A stretch of 64,000 nt of DNA, from positions 25,978,001 through 26,042,000 of the forward strand of contig NC_059438.1 of the NCBI RefSeq assembly GCF_021028975.2, given 5' to 3'. Shown here piece after piece: positions 35,943 to 47,099 of the stretch. The notes below the pieces were generated by a model. That model saw only the letters and a program-made list of their open reading frames with translations, did no database searches and was not told the DNA's origin. Source of the stretch: Sphaerodactylus townsendi (lineage: Eukaryota). The translations under genes and the position numbers were made by a program. Every line of letters starts with the position of its first letter. Position 1 is the first letter of the stretch.

Positions 35943-38410
35943 GGCACTACAGGCGCCCAGTTGCGAGGCAGACCCAGGTTCGTGACGGAGCCCTCCCTGT
36001 GGACTCAATGCAGCTGAAGACATTTGTATTTCCAGGTCATGCTGGAAAGGATGCGAAGGGACAGATGGGTCAGGCCACCGTTGCTTTGCAGGAAGGGTTT
36101 GGGGAAAGCTGTTTTGGGGAATGCATCCCAGGCATTAGTCCCGTTCGGGGCCACCTTCAGGTAGGGGAGACTTTTGCTGGGCAACAAGGGGCCGAAGGCG
36201 GCCAACAGCCCTCTGACGCGTGCCCTTCTGCTTCCAGGGAGACGCGTCTTTGCCGGCTTGGAGGAGCGCACTCGGCAGGCCATGAGGAGGAAGGACTTCC
36301 CCGGGCTGCCCGGGGAGCAACCGCTGCAGCTCCAAGAACAGGACTCCAGCAGCAGTACGTCCAGCCCCTTCCTGGAATGGCGTGGGGGGCAGCTCTGGGG
36401 CACCCCCAGGATTAGTGCTGGTGTGGCCCACTGCTGGGACACAGGGCCCCAACAAGCCACCCCTCTGCCTTCCAGGTGACAGCGAGGGGGACGAAGAAAC
36501 GACCCAAGATGAGGTTTCTTCTCCTGCATCTGAGGAAGAGGGCACGCTGGCACACGTGAAGCAGGAGCTGGAGCCCGATGAGCCGTTTGGCCCCTCCGAG
36601 CAGGGGACTCCAGAGCGGGAGGCAAGTGTGCCTCAGAGAGGAGCACCCCCCCCCCCCGGCAGCACCAAGGGGCTGGGGGTCCCAGCTGGGAGCTGGGGGC
36701 AGGGTGGGGAGCAGCCTGGGTCTCAGCTGGTACTGTGGGGGGTCCAGGAGTGCCCACAAGGCCTTGCCGCCATCCACTGCTAAGTCACTCCAACCTCAGT
36801 CCCTGCCACGCTAGTCAATCTGATGAGGGAGAAAAGACACTTGAACTGTTGTGGATGCTGAGCGGGGGCTGCAGCTGCTAAAATCTTGCTGTGGAGGCAC
36901 ACCGAATCTCTAGCAGGTTCCTAGGGGGTGGGGATGAGTGAGCAACTTGCGTCCCTGGCCTTTGTGACCGGGTGTCTTGTTACCTCTAGCTGGATTTGCC
37001 CGTGAGCCCAGACACCCTGACAGGACTCTCCCGCTGTCCTCTCTGTCAGCTGGAATGTGGTAGCAGGGAGCACCTCGTCACTCACGTCTACCAGGTAACG
37101 GGAGGGAGGGGGAGACAGGAGAGGCCCCACTGCAAGCGCTCACTCTTTGTTTAGAGCACGTCCACGTTTCTCCAGAGTGCCTGTTTGTAGACAACCCCGT
37201 TCCCCTCCCTCCCTTTCACTCTTGGTGGGCTGCCCTTGTGGGCCTCTTCCCTTCTTCCCCCAAGGGAAGAGGAAGCTGCTTGGCTTGGGAATGGGATGGT
37301 GGAGCCCTTGCCTCACATTCCGGACTCCATTGCAGCACACAGCAGCCGTGGTCAGTGCTAAGAGCTACCTGTGTCCCGTCTGTGGCCGAGCACTCAGCTC
37401 CCCGGGCTCCCTGGGCAGGCATCTTCTCATCCATTCTGAGGACCAGCTGTCAAACTGCGCAGTGTGCGGGGCACGTTTTACTAGCCACGCCACTTTCAAC
37501 AGGTGAGAAACTCCTGGCATTTGCCTAGGTGGCTGGCAGTCCATTGTGTTGCTAGGACCTGGCCGGCAAGGGGCTAGTGTGACAGTAGAAAACTGAAGGG
37601 ACTGAAAGTATGTGTGTGGAAAGGCTGTGCTCGGGCTGCTCTGGTAAGTCACGGAGGACTGAGTGTTGACGCGCGCATAGTGAGACAAGGCACATCTGAA
37701 GATCCCCTGCAACCACACTCTCTCAGATCACATTTTTGCTCTTTGCCTTCTGCAGTGAGAAGGTTCCAGAGGTGTTGTGTGCGGATGCTCTGCCCATTGC
37801 TCTCTCCAAAGAGTCTTCTGGGGCTGAAGAGGAGACCCCTGCGAGTAGCTCCCCGGTATATCCTGCTGGTATCCTCCTGGTATGCAACAGCTGCGTGGCC
37901 TACCGCAAACTCCTGGAGGCCCAATCCCCGGGTGTGCGCAAGTGGGCCTTGCGACGGCAGAACGAGCCCGTGGAGGTGAAGCTGCAGCGACTGGAACGAG
38001 AGCGTACGGCCAAGAAGAGTCGCCGGGACAGCGAGACGCCTGAGGAGCGAGAGGTGCGGCGCATGAGGGACCGTGAGGCCAAGCGTCTGCAGCGCATGCA
38101 AGAGACAGATGAGCAGCGCGCACGCCGGCTGCAACGAGACCGCGAAGCTATGCGTCTGAAACGTGCCAACGAGACCCCAGAGAAACGGCAGGCTCGGCTC
38201 ATCCGTGAGCGAGAAGCCAAGAGGCTGAAGCGCCGGCTGGAGAAAATGGACATGATGTTGCGCGCTCAGTTTGGTCAGGATCCCTCCGCAATGGCTGCAC
38301 TGGCAGCAGAAATCAACTTCTTTCCGCTGCCCGTGGGTGGTGTGGAACTGGACAGCCAGCTGCTCAGCAAAATGGCCTTTGAGGAGCCCAGCCCCAGTAC
38401 CCCGCACTGA
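35415..38410 (+). CDS. ZNF821: Zinc finger protein 821 (C2H2 fingers + STPR repeats); 6 coding exons, about 409 aa
   Basis: Exons 35415-35454, 36238-36354, 36476-36621 (GC donor), 36990-37094, 37336-37502, 37756-38410. MSRRKQTSPNKV, CPLCQLECGSREHL, CPVCGRALSSPGSLGRHLLIH, ETPEEREVRRMRDREAKRLQR repeats. Confidence 0.97.
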
Positions 38411-40593
38411 GCTGCTCCCTTGGCAAGATCGCAGGCAGCCTTTGAGCGCCCTGGAACCCCGTAGCCCAGAAGCAGAGGGAAAAGAAATCTGTTGCCTGTG
38501 CCTTGCGGGGTCGGCTGCAGCCTGCGGTGTCTGTCCTTCCCTGTGAGCGCTCTGTTCAGGTCTAGGCTGTTTGTATTCAGACCTTCCTCTGCGGCAAGGG
38601 CCACGTGACTCCAGTGTCCCTCTTTTGAAGAGGCCGGGGGTGGGGGGGGGGGGGAGAGAAACTGGCAGCCAGCAGCACAAGGGCAGGTGGCTAGAAGCCC
38701 TTGTCTCCCGTTCAGCCAGCTTCTCGTGAGTTCTGCCTCGCTAAAGGAAATCAGCGAAGGCTTGTGCCCTTGGACAGAGCCAGCTGCCTCGGAACGAACA
38801 GTCTTTCTCTTGCTAGCAATGCCTGTTTTGGATTTGCCAGGTCAGGGCAAGAAAAGATTCTGTTCTGCTCCTCATCCCCAGTTTCACAAGGTTTATTTGT
38901 GGTGTCCAGTGAGAGCTGGAGGCCCTTGGAGACAGTCCAGGAACTTTGCCCCACGTTGGTGAAGACGGGGAACTCACTCCTAGACCCTGGTGGGAATCGG
39001 TGGCTGGTTGGAAGTGGGTTTTTTTGTCATGTGTACAAATTCCCCTTAAAAGAGAAGAACTGGGTTTCAGTGGATTTGATAGTGAACTTCCAGCCTTAAA
39101 ACTCACCCTGCGCCTGTTTTAGGAATAAGTCAGACACAACGCCCCCCCCCCTCCCCCGCACTTTGCTTGCTGGGCAATTGGTATCTATATATCAAATAGC
39201 AACTTGTGAGCCCCGTTTGTGGGCACCTAAACTCGCAGGCTGGGACCACATGGATGCCATACAGATTTTTCTGCAAACCTAGGGTACTCCCCAATTTTTA
39301 AAAAAGTATTGGGGGGGGGGGGGGTTTAAATTCCCTGATTTTTTTAAAAAAGTGTTCTCTGCGCATGCACAGATAACACTCTTATCTGCTGTAGTAGCAG
39401 TGGCTGCAGGGATCCATGCTGGACCCAGCCATGGGGGATGCTACGAGCCCAGCCACGGCAGCAGTAGACCACAGGAGCTGCTCTGGGCTCGGAGTGGTTC
39501 CCAGACGCTGCCACTGTTGGAGAATGGGATCCCCCACATGGGTTTTGCAGCCTCCCCTGTAATTCTTAAATCGTTCTTGGGATATCTTTTTGCCGGCTGA
39601 TGCCAAACGCAGCAGAATCATGATCAACTGAATCCATCTAGCTGAAAAATAAGATTAGCAAGTTGTCTTGAGCTTTTCTCCTCTCTATGGGCATGTGGGT
39701 GGGGGTGAGATTCCTGCCAGGTCTGTGGGCAGCAGGACACAAGGGGAAGCTGTCCCCACCCTCCCATCCTTGTCAACGCCCTGTGGCCACCTCTACATCT
39801 TGAGTTGCTATAGCAACACAAAACACTGCTGAAATGCCAGGGGGTTGGGGAGGAGAACACCTGGAAAAGACAAGATTAACTGTTGCTTTTTTTTTTGTAA
39901 ACCCTGGGGGAAGTCCTGTGTCATAACTCTTGGGAGGCCTGTGGCGCAGATTTGCCAGGCCTGCTAGCGGGAGCTCATGCCTAATAGACATAGCAATATA
40001 TAATTATCTGTATTCAGAGAGCGTGCGATGCGCATGCTGTGTGGTGTAGTGGCAGAGGGCAAGCTGTTCTCCAGCCTTCATTCGGCCATGGAAAAAGGGC
40101 ACTGAGCCATACCATCCCTGTCACCCTCAGCCCAGCCTACCCCACAGGTCTGCTGCGAGGCTAAAGTGGAAGAGCTCCCTGAGGTTGGAGGACGTGCCTC
40201 TTCTCCGTACTTGGATGGGGCAAAAACAGCCTGAAAGGGCAGTGAAATAGCGAAGAGTCCTATTGAGAGGCCAGACAAACTACCCTGGTCAAGCTGAGGG
40301 ACTCCACCCAACATTATGCACATGAAGGCCCCACAAGGCCCCATGCAAGAGGCACCTCCCAATATTTCCCGCATGTGGCCCCCAGTCAATACCATGCCCC
40401 CCCCCCCCCGAATAGTTCCAGTGACTGCCCTGAGCTGTTGCTGCAGCCAGCATGCGCTGCCAGGAGAAACAAGAGGCAGACACGGCCACGGAAAAGCTAT
40501 TGATTTATAATTATATAGATATATGTGTATATATATGCATATATACTGTGTTTACATTGTCAACAAATTAAATGCAGTATTAAGAGCATTAAC

Positions 40594-40687
40594 AATAAAA
40601 ATACAATCTGTGTTGAAAGACTTTAAATGGTAAAACAGGAAAAAGATCTCACAGAAAGTACAAATATACAGTACAAATTGATTTATT
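40594..40687. terminator. Convergent polyadenylation signals (candidate ZNF821 + and ATXN1L - 3' ends)
   Basis: AATAAA on + at 40594-40599 and on - at 40682-40687, inside an AT-rich 3'UTR-like block between the convergent genes. Confidence 0.5.
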
Positions 40688-42936
40688 CCAAACAGATACA
40701 AAAACACAACAAAATAGATTATCCTTAGACTCATAATATGCTTCCTTAAAGACCAGATAGGAGAGAAGGGGCTGGGCTAATTCTAAGGCTTTAGATATAA
40801 CGTAGTTGGTCACAGAAGAAGAAGACGACGATACTCATGAATGGCAGGGTCACTCACAAGGTCCCCCTTGCCAGTCTGCCACGCCAGCTGCCCACCCCAA
40901 TTAAGGTGCTGTGCAGGGATTTTCCTGGTCCCAGAACCAGCCTCTGAAACTCCCAGCCACCGGAAAAACCTCTGGCTAGTCAAAAACAGCCATGGGGATG
41001 CTATCAAAGAAAGGCCCGTGTGTTCTTGCAGTAAGCAGCCAGCAACAAAGGAAAGGGCCAAATGTGAGGCAGAGAGGATGTCTGGGGGGTTGGCTGGAGC
41101 TCCATGGCATAGCAGTGGCGGGAAGCAAGCCCCACGGTATTGCACATCAGGGAACCGTCCAGTAATATCCACCAGAACCAGGCAGACAAGAGGCCTCTCT
41201 GTAGTGTTCACCAAAAGAAGCAGCTTATTGCTCTAGGAAGCCAGCCCCAAGTCTCCAGCAAGCCTAATGGGCCTGTGCTCGCCATCCTTCTCTGCCTGGA
41301 CACCTGTACCCCAGATCCTAGTCGTTGGCTGCCTTCAAAGAAGCAGTGCTTTGGGGACTAGCTTGGCATATCTGTGTGTGTTGCTCGCTCCTGTCCAAGA
41401 CAGATGCCACCCCCCTGGCTCAGCCGACCATCCTGCACAGCAGAGACAAAGCAAAGATCAAAAAGCCAGGAAACTGGAGAAGAACGCCCCGAGGGCACAG
41501 GGGTGGCCAGCCATAGGCCTCATCTGTCTCTCCCCACCCCCCAAGCCTGCCCTGGGGTGGGGGAAAGGAGCATGGCAACCCTGCAATCATTTCTTGGAGG
41601 GTTCACAGCAATCAGGGCAAGACTGAGGCACGCAGCTGCGAGGTGGGGGTGGGGGGCAGAGGCTGAGGGACTTAGTGGAGAAAGCGACTGGCAGGTAGCT
41701 GGGAATAGTGCAAAGTGCTGGAAGAAGACAGCGAAAAGGGACAGTGAGAGGCAGATGGAAGAGTAAATGCTGCTGTTTTTCATACCTTGAGAGCTGTGAG
41801 AGAACCACTGTTTCAAACCAGGAGGGGAGGCAGGTTCTAGCAGCTGCACTGGACAGCGGGCTTGGAAGCCCCCCGTCTCAAAGTCAAGAACAATCAACAG
41901 AACTTTCCCCACTTTTCCACAGCAGCCAGAAGGCACCAAGCCAGGAGAGATTCTCTAATGGGAGACGGCTCCACTAGCATACAATTGTAAACACTAGTGC
42001 ACCAGATGCGAAAATGAAACTGCTATTTCATTCTTCTGGAGGCACCAGCGTCCAACTGCTATCTTGTCTAAAGAACCCAAAACACATTTTGTTAAAATGC
42101 CGAGTGTCACTCATATGCGTTGGACTTTGAAAAGTCCCTTCAAAGAGCCAAGAAATGATTGCAGCAGCCGGAGCATACTCAGTTCCACAAGCCCTCCAAG
42201 AAAGTCTTGATGCAGGCCCCTAATTAACGAGCGTGCAGACTGTTAGCAACTCCCAGAGAAACCCTCCTTCCCTCAAGCAAGTCCATCACCTACAGCACAT
42301 CTATGACAAGTGCATGCTGAGAAGGACCTCTTTGCTCAATGCTGAACTTTTGGCCCAGGTTGAGCCACAAACATTTCAGGCAGCAGCATGGTGGAGACCC
42401 CAGGGAGGGAGGAGGCCGAAGAGCCTCTTTGCAGACAGAGCTCCAGTTCTTCAGAACTAGCTGTCTCTTTTGACCACAGCCATTGCCTATAAATACCCTG
42501 AGAAGAAGCCCAAACTAGAAGGCCAATCCTGCTCGCCTCGCCTCCCTTCGCTCCTTGCTTGAGATCTGCTGCACTGTCCAGAGTGGGCTTGGCACCTCCC
42601 AAAAGCAGAGAAGCGGAGAAAAGCTGTTCCCCTTCAACCCCCTTCTTGGTGTGCCCCCTCTGAAAGCACCCTGCCGTGTTTCAGCAGGTGACCTGCTATT
42701 AAAGTGCTTGTGCAAAGAAAGGGATTTTGGGCTCCCAATCCCTGCTTCACAGCAGAAGAGCTGCTACATCAGAGCTCGCCCTGCAGCCAGCCAACTGCTC
42801 TGGGGTGGGGGCGGGGAGAGAAGCCTCTGCCAGTGGAATGATTTCAGGCACACAGCCGGGGGGGAGTCAGGCACCTCTCAGGAGCAGAGCAGAAGCCCAG
42901 TTCTGCATAGCCAACTGTCTTCTCACCAGGAGTGCT

Positions 42937-44889
42937 TCACTTCCCTGAATTTGAGCGACCCTCAATTGACAGCTTGACCTCCTGGGGAATAAACGAGGGG
43001 CGAATTAGGGGCAACCGAGGCTCCTCCCCAAACCTTTGGAAGCCAGGGCCAGCCCAGCTATGCTGAGAAGTGGGTTCAAGAAGGGAGAGCTCGGGGGAGT
43101 GGTCGAGGGACAGAGCCCCCTTCTGCACGGGGCTTTCTCCTCCAGCTCTAGTCTGCGGCTCTTGGAGGCCCCGGCTGGCTCTCCTGAGTGTCTCTTTAGG
43201 AGCTCCCTGAGGGCTGGTCTGAGGAGCTAGCCTTCCATTCAGACTTTGTAAACTGATGGAGATACAAACATCACCTACCTGCAGCCTATGGCAACGGAGT
43301 GCAAAGAGTCGAGCCGTCCGCTCTGGGCTGCAAGAAGACCAACCCTGTCCATACACAAAAAAAGGGTGCTCTGGGGGGACATCAATGCTCACTTTACTCT
43401 GCTGCTCCCCAACCACAAAATGGAGCGTGACAAAACCGTGCCAGGGGCTCTCCTGGATGTCGACCACCGTACTGGAGTCGATCTTCAGGCCCCCGCTCAC
43501 CTCTGCGCTGCGCACAAAGTCTTGAGTCTGAAGATCCTCCACCCGCTTCAGCTCCCCTGTTGCCAGCTGGATAATGGCTCCTTTCATGAAGTGAGAGGGC
43601 AGGTGCCCCAGGGAATGAGCGCGGTCCAGATCAGGCGGCCCGCCCTGGGCCGGTGCCTCTGGAGTGCCTTGCCTCAGGCCACCTGGAGCTGCCGGCAGGA
43701 GAGAGCCCGAGACAGCCTTGCCGTTGGCCACCGCCAGGCTGCTCAGCGCTGCTTCTTCTTCTTGGTGGAGCTGGTCCTCTGGAGACCCGGCAGGCTGCCT
43801 CGGTGAGAAGCTTTTCTCAGCAGCAGCAGCCGCCTGATTTGTCCCTGATCCCTCTCCCGGCTCGGAGAGATCACGATGAGAAAGGTTCAAAGGGCTCGAG
43901 CTGTCCTTCTGCTGACTAGAGCAAGCAGGGTAGTCCTGAGAAGCAAACCCCACCACCCTCTGCACTTCCAAGTCTGTATCTGGGGTGCTTCGCTGAGAGG
44001 TCATGGGAACTTCTCTCACCAGCTGGCAGCTTGCTAGAAACTGACTGTCGGCGGCAGTTGCCACCATCCGCCTCGGCAGCTGCCCTTCAGCATTATCACC
44101 GTCCGCACCCAGAACCTTGTTTAACTTAGACGCTGCAGCCGGCCTTTCCACCCCGTTAGCGGTGATGCTTTGTGGATCCTGCAGCGGCAGGTCCACGTTC
44201 GGACCAGCAACAGGAACCCCAAATGCTGAATAGCTCATTGGCAGCTGATAATGAACAGGAAACCTGCTCTGCCCCACGTCGAGTGGCTGACCCCCGCCAT
44301 GGGGCTGCACAGGACCCGGTGGGGAGAGCGGGGCTGCGGTTTTGCCAAAGCTGTGAGAAGCTGTCACAGCTTCTTCCAGCAGCAGAGACGTGTATGGCAC
44401 AAAGTGGGGGATGCGGGAGGCAGCCAGACCAGCAGACGTCGGCAGGAGGTGGCCAGGCAAGAAGCCGGGGGGCACCGCGTAGGGCACCGAGTAGTGCGAG
44501 CCCACGAAGTGCAGCGGGCCGGGGGGCAGCTGGGCATAGTGGACGGGCGAGTAGGGCAGGCCCGGCGCGTGCTGCAGAAGCGGAGAGGCCACGCTGAAGG
44601 TGGGCGGCAGCGGGCTGACACTCACCACCGGTGGCACCGCAACCTTGTACAGCAGGCCGTACTGGTCCACCGTCAGGCCGGCCACCCCCTCCGACGCCCC
44701 GCCACCAGCGAAGCGCGAGGCCGCGCCCCCCGCCGCCCCGGACCCCCGCGCCCACTCGGCCGCGGAAGTCTCGCCGCTAGGCCCTGCGGCCCGCTCGGGC
44801 TCCTGCCCCGCCTCTTCGCCGGCGGCAGCGGGCAGGTCGCGCTTCTTGGGCGGCAGGCGGTCTTGGCTGCGCTCCTGGGCCGCTCGCAT
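42937..44889 (-). CDS. ATXN1L: Ataxin-1-like (BOAT1), single coding exon, 650 aa
   Basis: ERSQDRLPPKKRDLP N-terminus; QRSTPDTDLEVQRVVG; AXH domain HLPSHFMKGAIIQLATGELKRVEDL..EHPFFVYGQGWSSC..LQVGDVCISISL; ends RPSFIPQEVKLSIEGRSNSGK. Confidence 0.98.
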   Translation of the reverse strand: MRAAQERSQDRLPPKKRDLPAAAGEEAGQEPERAAGPSGETSAAEWARGSGAAGGAASRFAGGGASEGVAGLTVDQYGLLYKVAVPPVVSVSPLPPTFSVASPLLQHAPGLPYSPVHYAQLPPGPLHFVGSHYSVPYAVPPGFLPGHLLPTSAGLAASRIPHFVPYTSLLLEEAVTASHSFGKTAAPLSPPGPVQPHGGGQPLDVGQSRFPVHYQLPMSYSAFGVPVAGPNVDLPLQDPQSITANGVERPAAASKLNKVLGADGDNAEGQLPRRMVATAADSQFLASCQLVREVPMTSQRSTPDTDLEVQRVVGFASQDYPACSSQQKDSSSPLNLSHRDLSEPGEGSGTNQAAAAAEKSFSPRQPAGSPEDQLHQEEEAALSSLAVANGKAVSGSLLPAAPGGLRQGTPEAPAQGGPPDLDRAHSLGHLPSHFMKGAIIQLATGELKRVEDLQTQDFVRSAEVSGGLKIDSSTVVDIQESPWHGFVTLHFVVGEQQSKVSIDVPPEHPFFVYGQGWSSCSPERTARLFALRCHRLQVGDVCISISLQSLNGRLAPQTSPQGAPKETLRRASRGLQEPQTRAGGESPVQKGALSLDHSPELSLLEPTSQHSWAGPGFQRFGEEPRLPLIRPSFIPQEVKLSIEGRSNSGK

Positions 44890-46700
44890 GGCTGCCCCGT
44901 GCCGGCGCCGTCGAGGGCGGAGGCTCCTTCCCGCGGAGCGGCCTCCTCACCTGCAGGGAGACAGCGGAAGGGGGTGGGGTCAGCACGGCGACAGGGCGCT
45001 CCCCCCCGCCCACCGATCCGCCCACCGATCCGCTCGCTCACCCGCCGCCGCCGCCGCCGCCGTCATGGCCCAGCTCCATCCCGCCGACTCCCGCAGCTCC
45101 GGCCTGACTCCGCCTCGTCAGGCGCGCCGGAATGCCGCGCTCATGACGTCACGGTGCCGCGCACGGCTCGCACTGATGACGCCCACAGCCCTCGCCACGC
45201 ACGCCCCTCACGGTTGCCACGGCGACCGGAGGCCACAACAGCCCCGCCGGCAGCACGCGTCTTATCGCCATGGGCACAGTCCCGCCCCAGAAGGAACGAG
45301 CCCGCGGCCCCCGGAAACGGCCCCTGGCCTGGGGGCGACTGGGCTTCCCTGCCCGGCCCTCGTGTGCAACGGGACGGCAGATGGGCGGGGCCTGGCTCCA
45401 GCCAATCGCAGGCTCTCCTCTGGCCTCCCTCGCAGGACTGTTGTGGGCCACCTGGGCTTCCCCTCGGGGCGGCGGCCAGGGCAGAGCCGTGCCTCCCGCC
45501 CGCAGTCTGTCGTCCGAAGGGGCACCCCCCGCCCCCCCTCGGAGCACGCGCCCCTCCCCAGCTGGCCAGCCGCGGCAGGCGGAACCTTCGTGGCAGGCGC
45601 GGGAGCCCAGCCGGACGGGCCTGCGGAAGCACAGCCGCTGCGGTGACTCGGCAGGCGTCTTGCGTCATCAGTGCCTGCCGTGGCGCGGCATAGGCGCTGC
45701 AGCGGCTGGAGGGGCGTCGCGGGTGCTTCCGCGAGGAAAAGGAGTCCGGGGCTTTGTGGGCGACGGCGTCGAGCGGCGCGGCTTTGCGGGGCCGCGGTCG
45801 GCGGGGCTAACAGGGTTCGTGCCGGCGGCGGCGCTCTGCAGCCCGGGCCCTGCGGGAGGGAAGCCGGCCATTCCCCGGGCGCGGATACTTCCGCCTGCGG
45901 TGTCGGTGCTGCGGCCGCGCCGCCGCCATTTTGGATGCCTGGCCCCCGCCGCCGCCTTCGCTGCCGCCGCCTTCGCCGCAGGGACCCGGCCCGGTGAGTC
46001 GGGGGGAAGGAAGGAAGGGAGGGGGGCGCGGCGGCGGCGGCGGCGGCAGCTCTGGCCGGGCCTGCAGGCGGGAGGCGGGGCCGCAACAGGGCCGCCTTCC
46101 CTCTCCGCGGGGCGCCGGCGGGGGGGGTCCTTGCCCGCCCTCCCTCGCGCGTGCCGCCGCCGCCGCCGCCCGCCCCAGACTGGCCTTCGGGGGCCCCGCC
46201 CCGCCCCCTGCCCGGCGGCCGAGGGCGCCCCTGGTCTCCCCCTGTGGAGGTGCCGCCGCCGCCGCCGCCGCCCCCTGGCTTGACCGCCCGAGCGAAGGTC
46301 TCCGGCCAGGAGCGGGGCGGGGGCGGGGGCGGGGGCGGGGAGGGAGGCCTAGCCTGGCGGCGAAGGTCGAGCTCTTGGTCGGGGCGGGGGCGAACGGGGC
46401 TGCCGGTCTGCTTCGGAGGAGGCCGCTCTGGCGCCTTCGTGGGGCGGGGGGCGGCCGTGAAGCCGGAAACTGCTCTGCCCGGCGCGGACCGGGGCTGCAG
46501 AGGAGGTCCAGTCGCTCCTTCTCCTCCGGCTGCGGCGGAGCCCCCCTTCCCCTCGCAGAGCCCCGCAGGCAGGCAGGCAGGCAGGCAGGCAGGAGCCGTT
46601 GGGAACGCGGGCGTTCTGCTTGGGCCCGGCAACGTCCCCTCCGTGCAGTCGGGGCTCGGTGGGGACCATTTCGCGGCCTCCGTTTGTGTCTTCTGGGGAA
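44400..46700. promoter_or_regulatory. Bidirectional CpG island ATXN1L/AP1G1
   Basis: Full CRE TGACGTCA at 45144-45151; X-box-like GTTGCCACGGCGAC at 45213-45226; CCAAT at about 45402; YY1 GCCGCCATTTTG at 45922-45933. ATXN1L 5' exon donor at 45041 (-); AP1G1 exon-1 donor at about 45994 (+). Confidence 0.85.
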
Positions 46701-46932
46701 GCGGGAGCCCCAGCCGCTGCTCACTCCCTCCTTGTTCTGAGGGGAAGCCACCGGGTGGCGGCTGGACCGAAGGGGGCCTGGCAGTGCTGGTGTGGGCAGG
46801 TTGCAGGGCATGCTGGTGGGAGTGTTGGACCAGGATCTGGGTTCACCCCCCCACCCCGCTTCCATGAAGCTTGCTGGGCAGACTTGGTCTAGTCTCTTTT
46901 TATCTGTTCTGAGGGTAAGAGAGACTTTAAAT

Positions 46933-47099
46933 CAGTGGTTCTCAACCTTCTTAATGCCACGACCCTTTAATACAGTCCCTCATGTTGTGGTGACCCCCAA
47001 CCCTAACATTTGTCCATTTTACAGATGGAGAACGCTGATGCAGAGAGTCTTAGGTGACCCCTGTGAAATGGGTCCTGACCCGCAGGTTGAGAACCACTG
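46933..47099. mobile_element. SPIN/URR1-type non-autonomous hAT-Charlie element
   Basis: TIRs CAGTGGTTCTCAACC / GGTTGAGAACCACTG. Perfect 8-bp TSD CTTTAAAT (46925-46932, 47100-47107). Interior TAATGCCACGACCCTTTAATACAGTCCCTCATGTTGTGGTGACCCCCAACC is SPIN/URR1-like. Confidence 0.88.
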
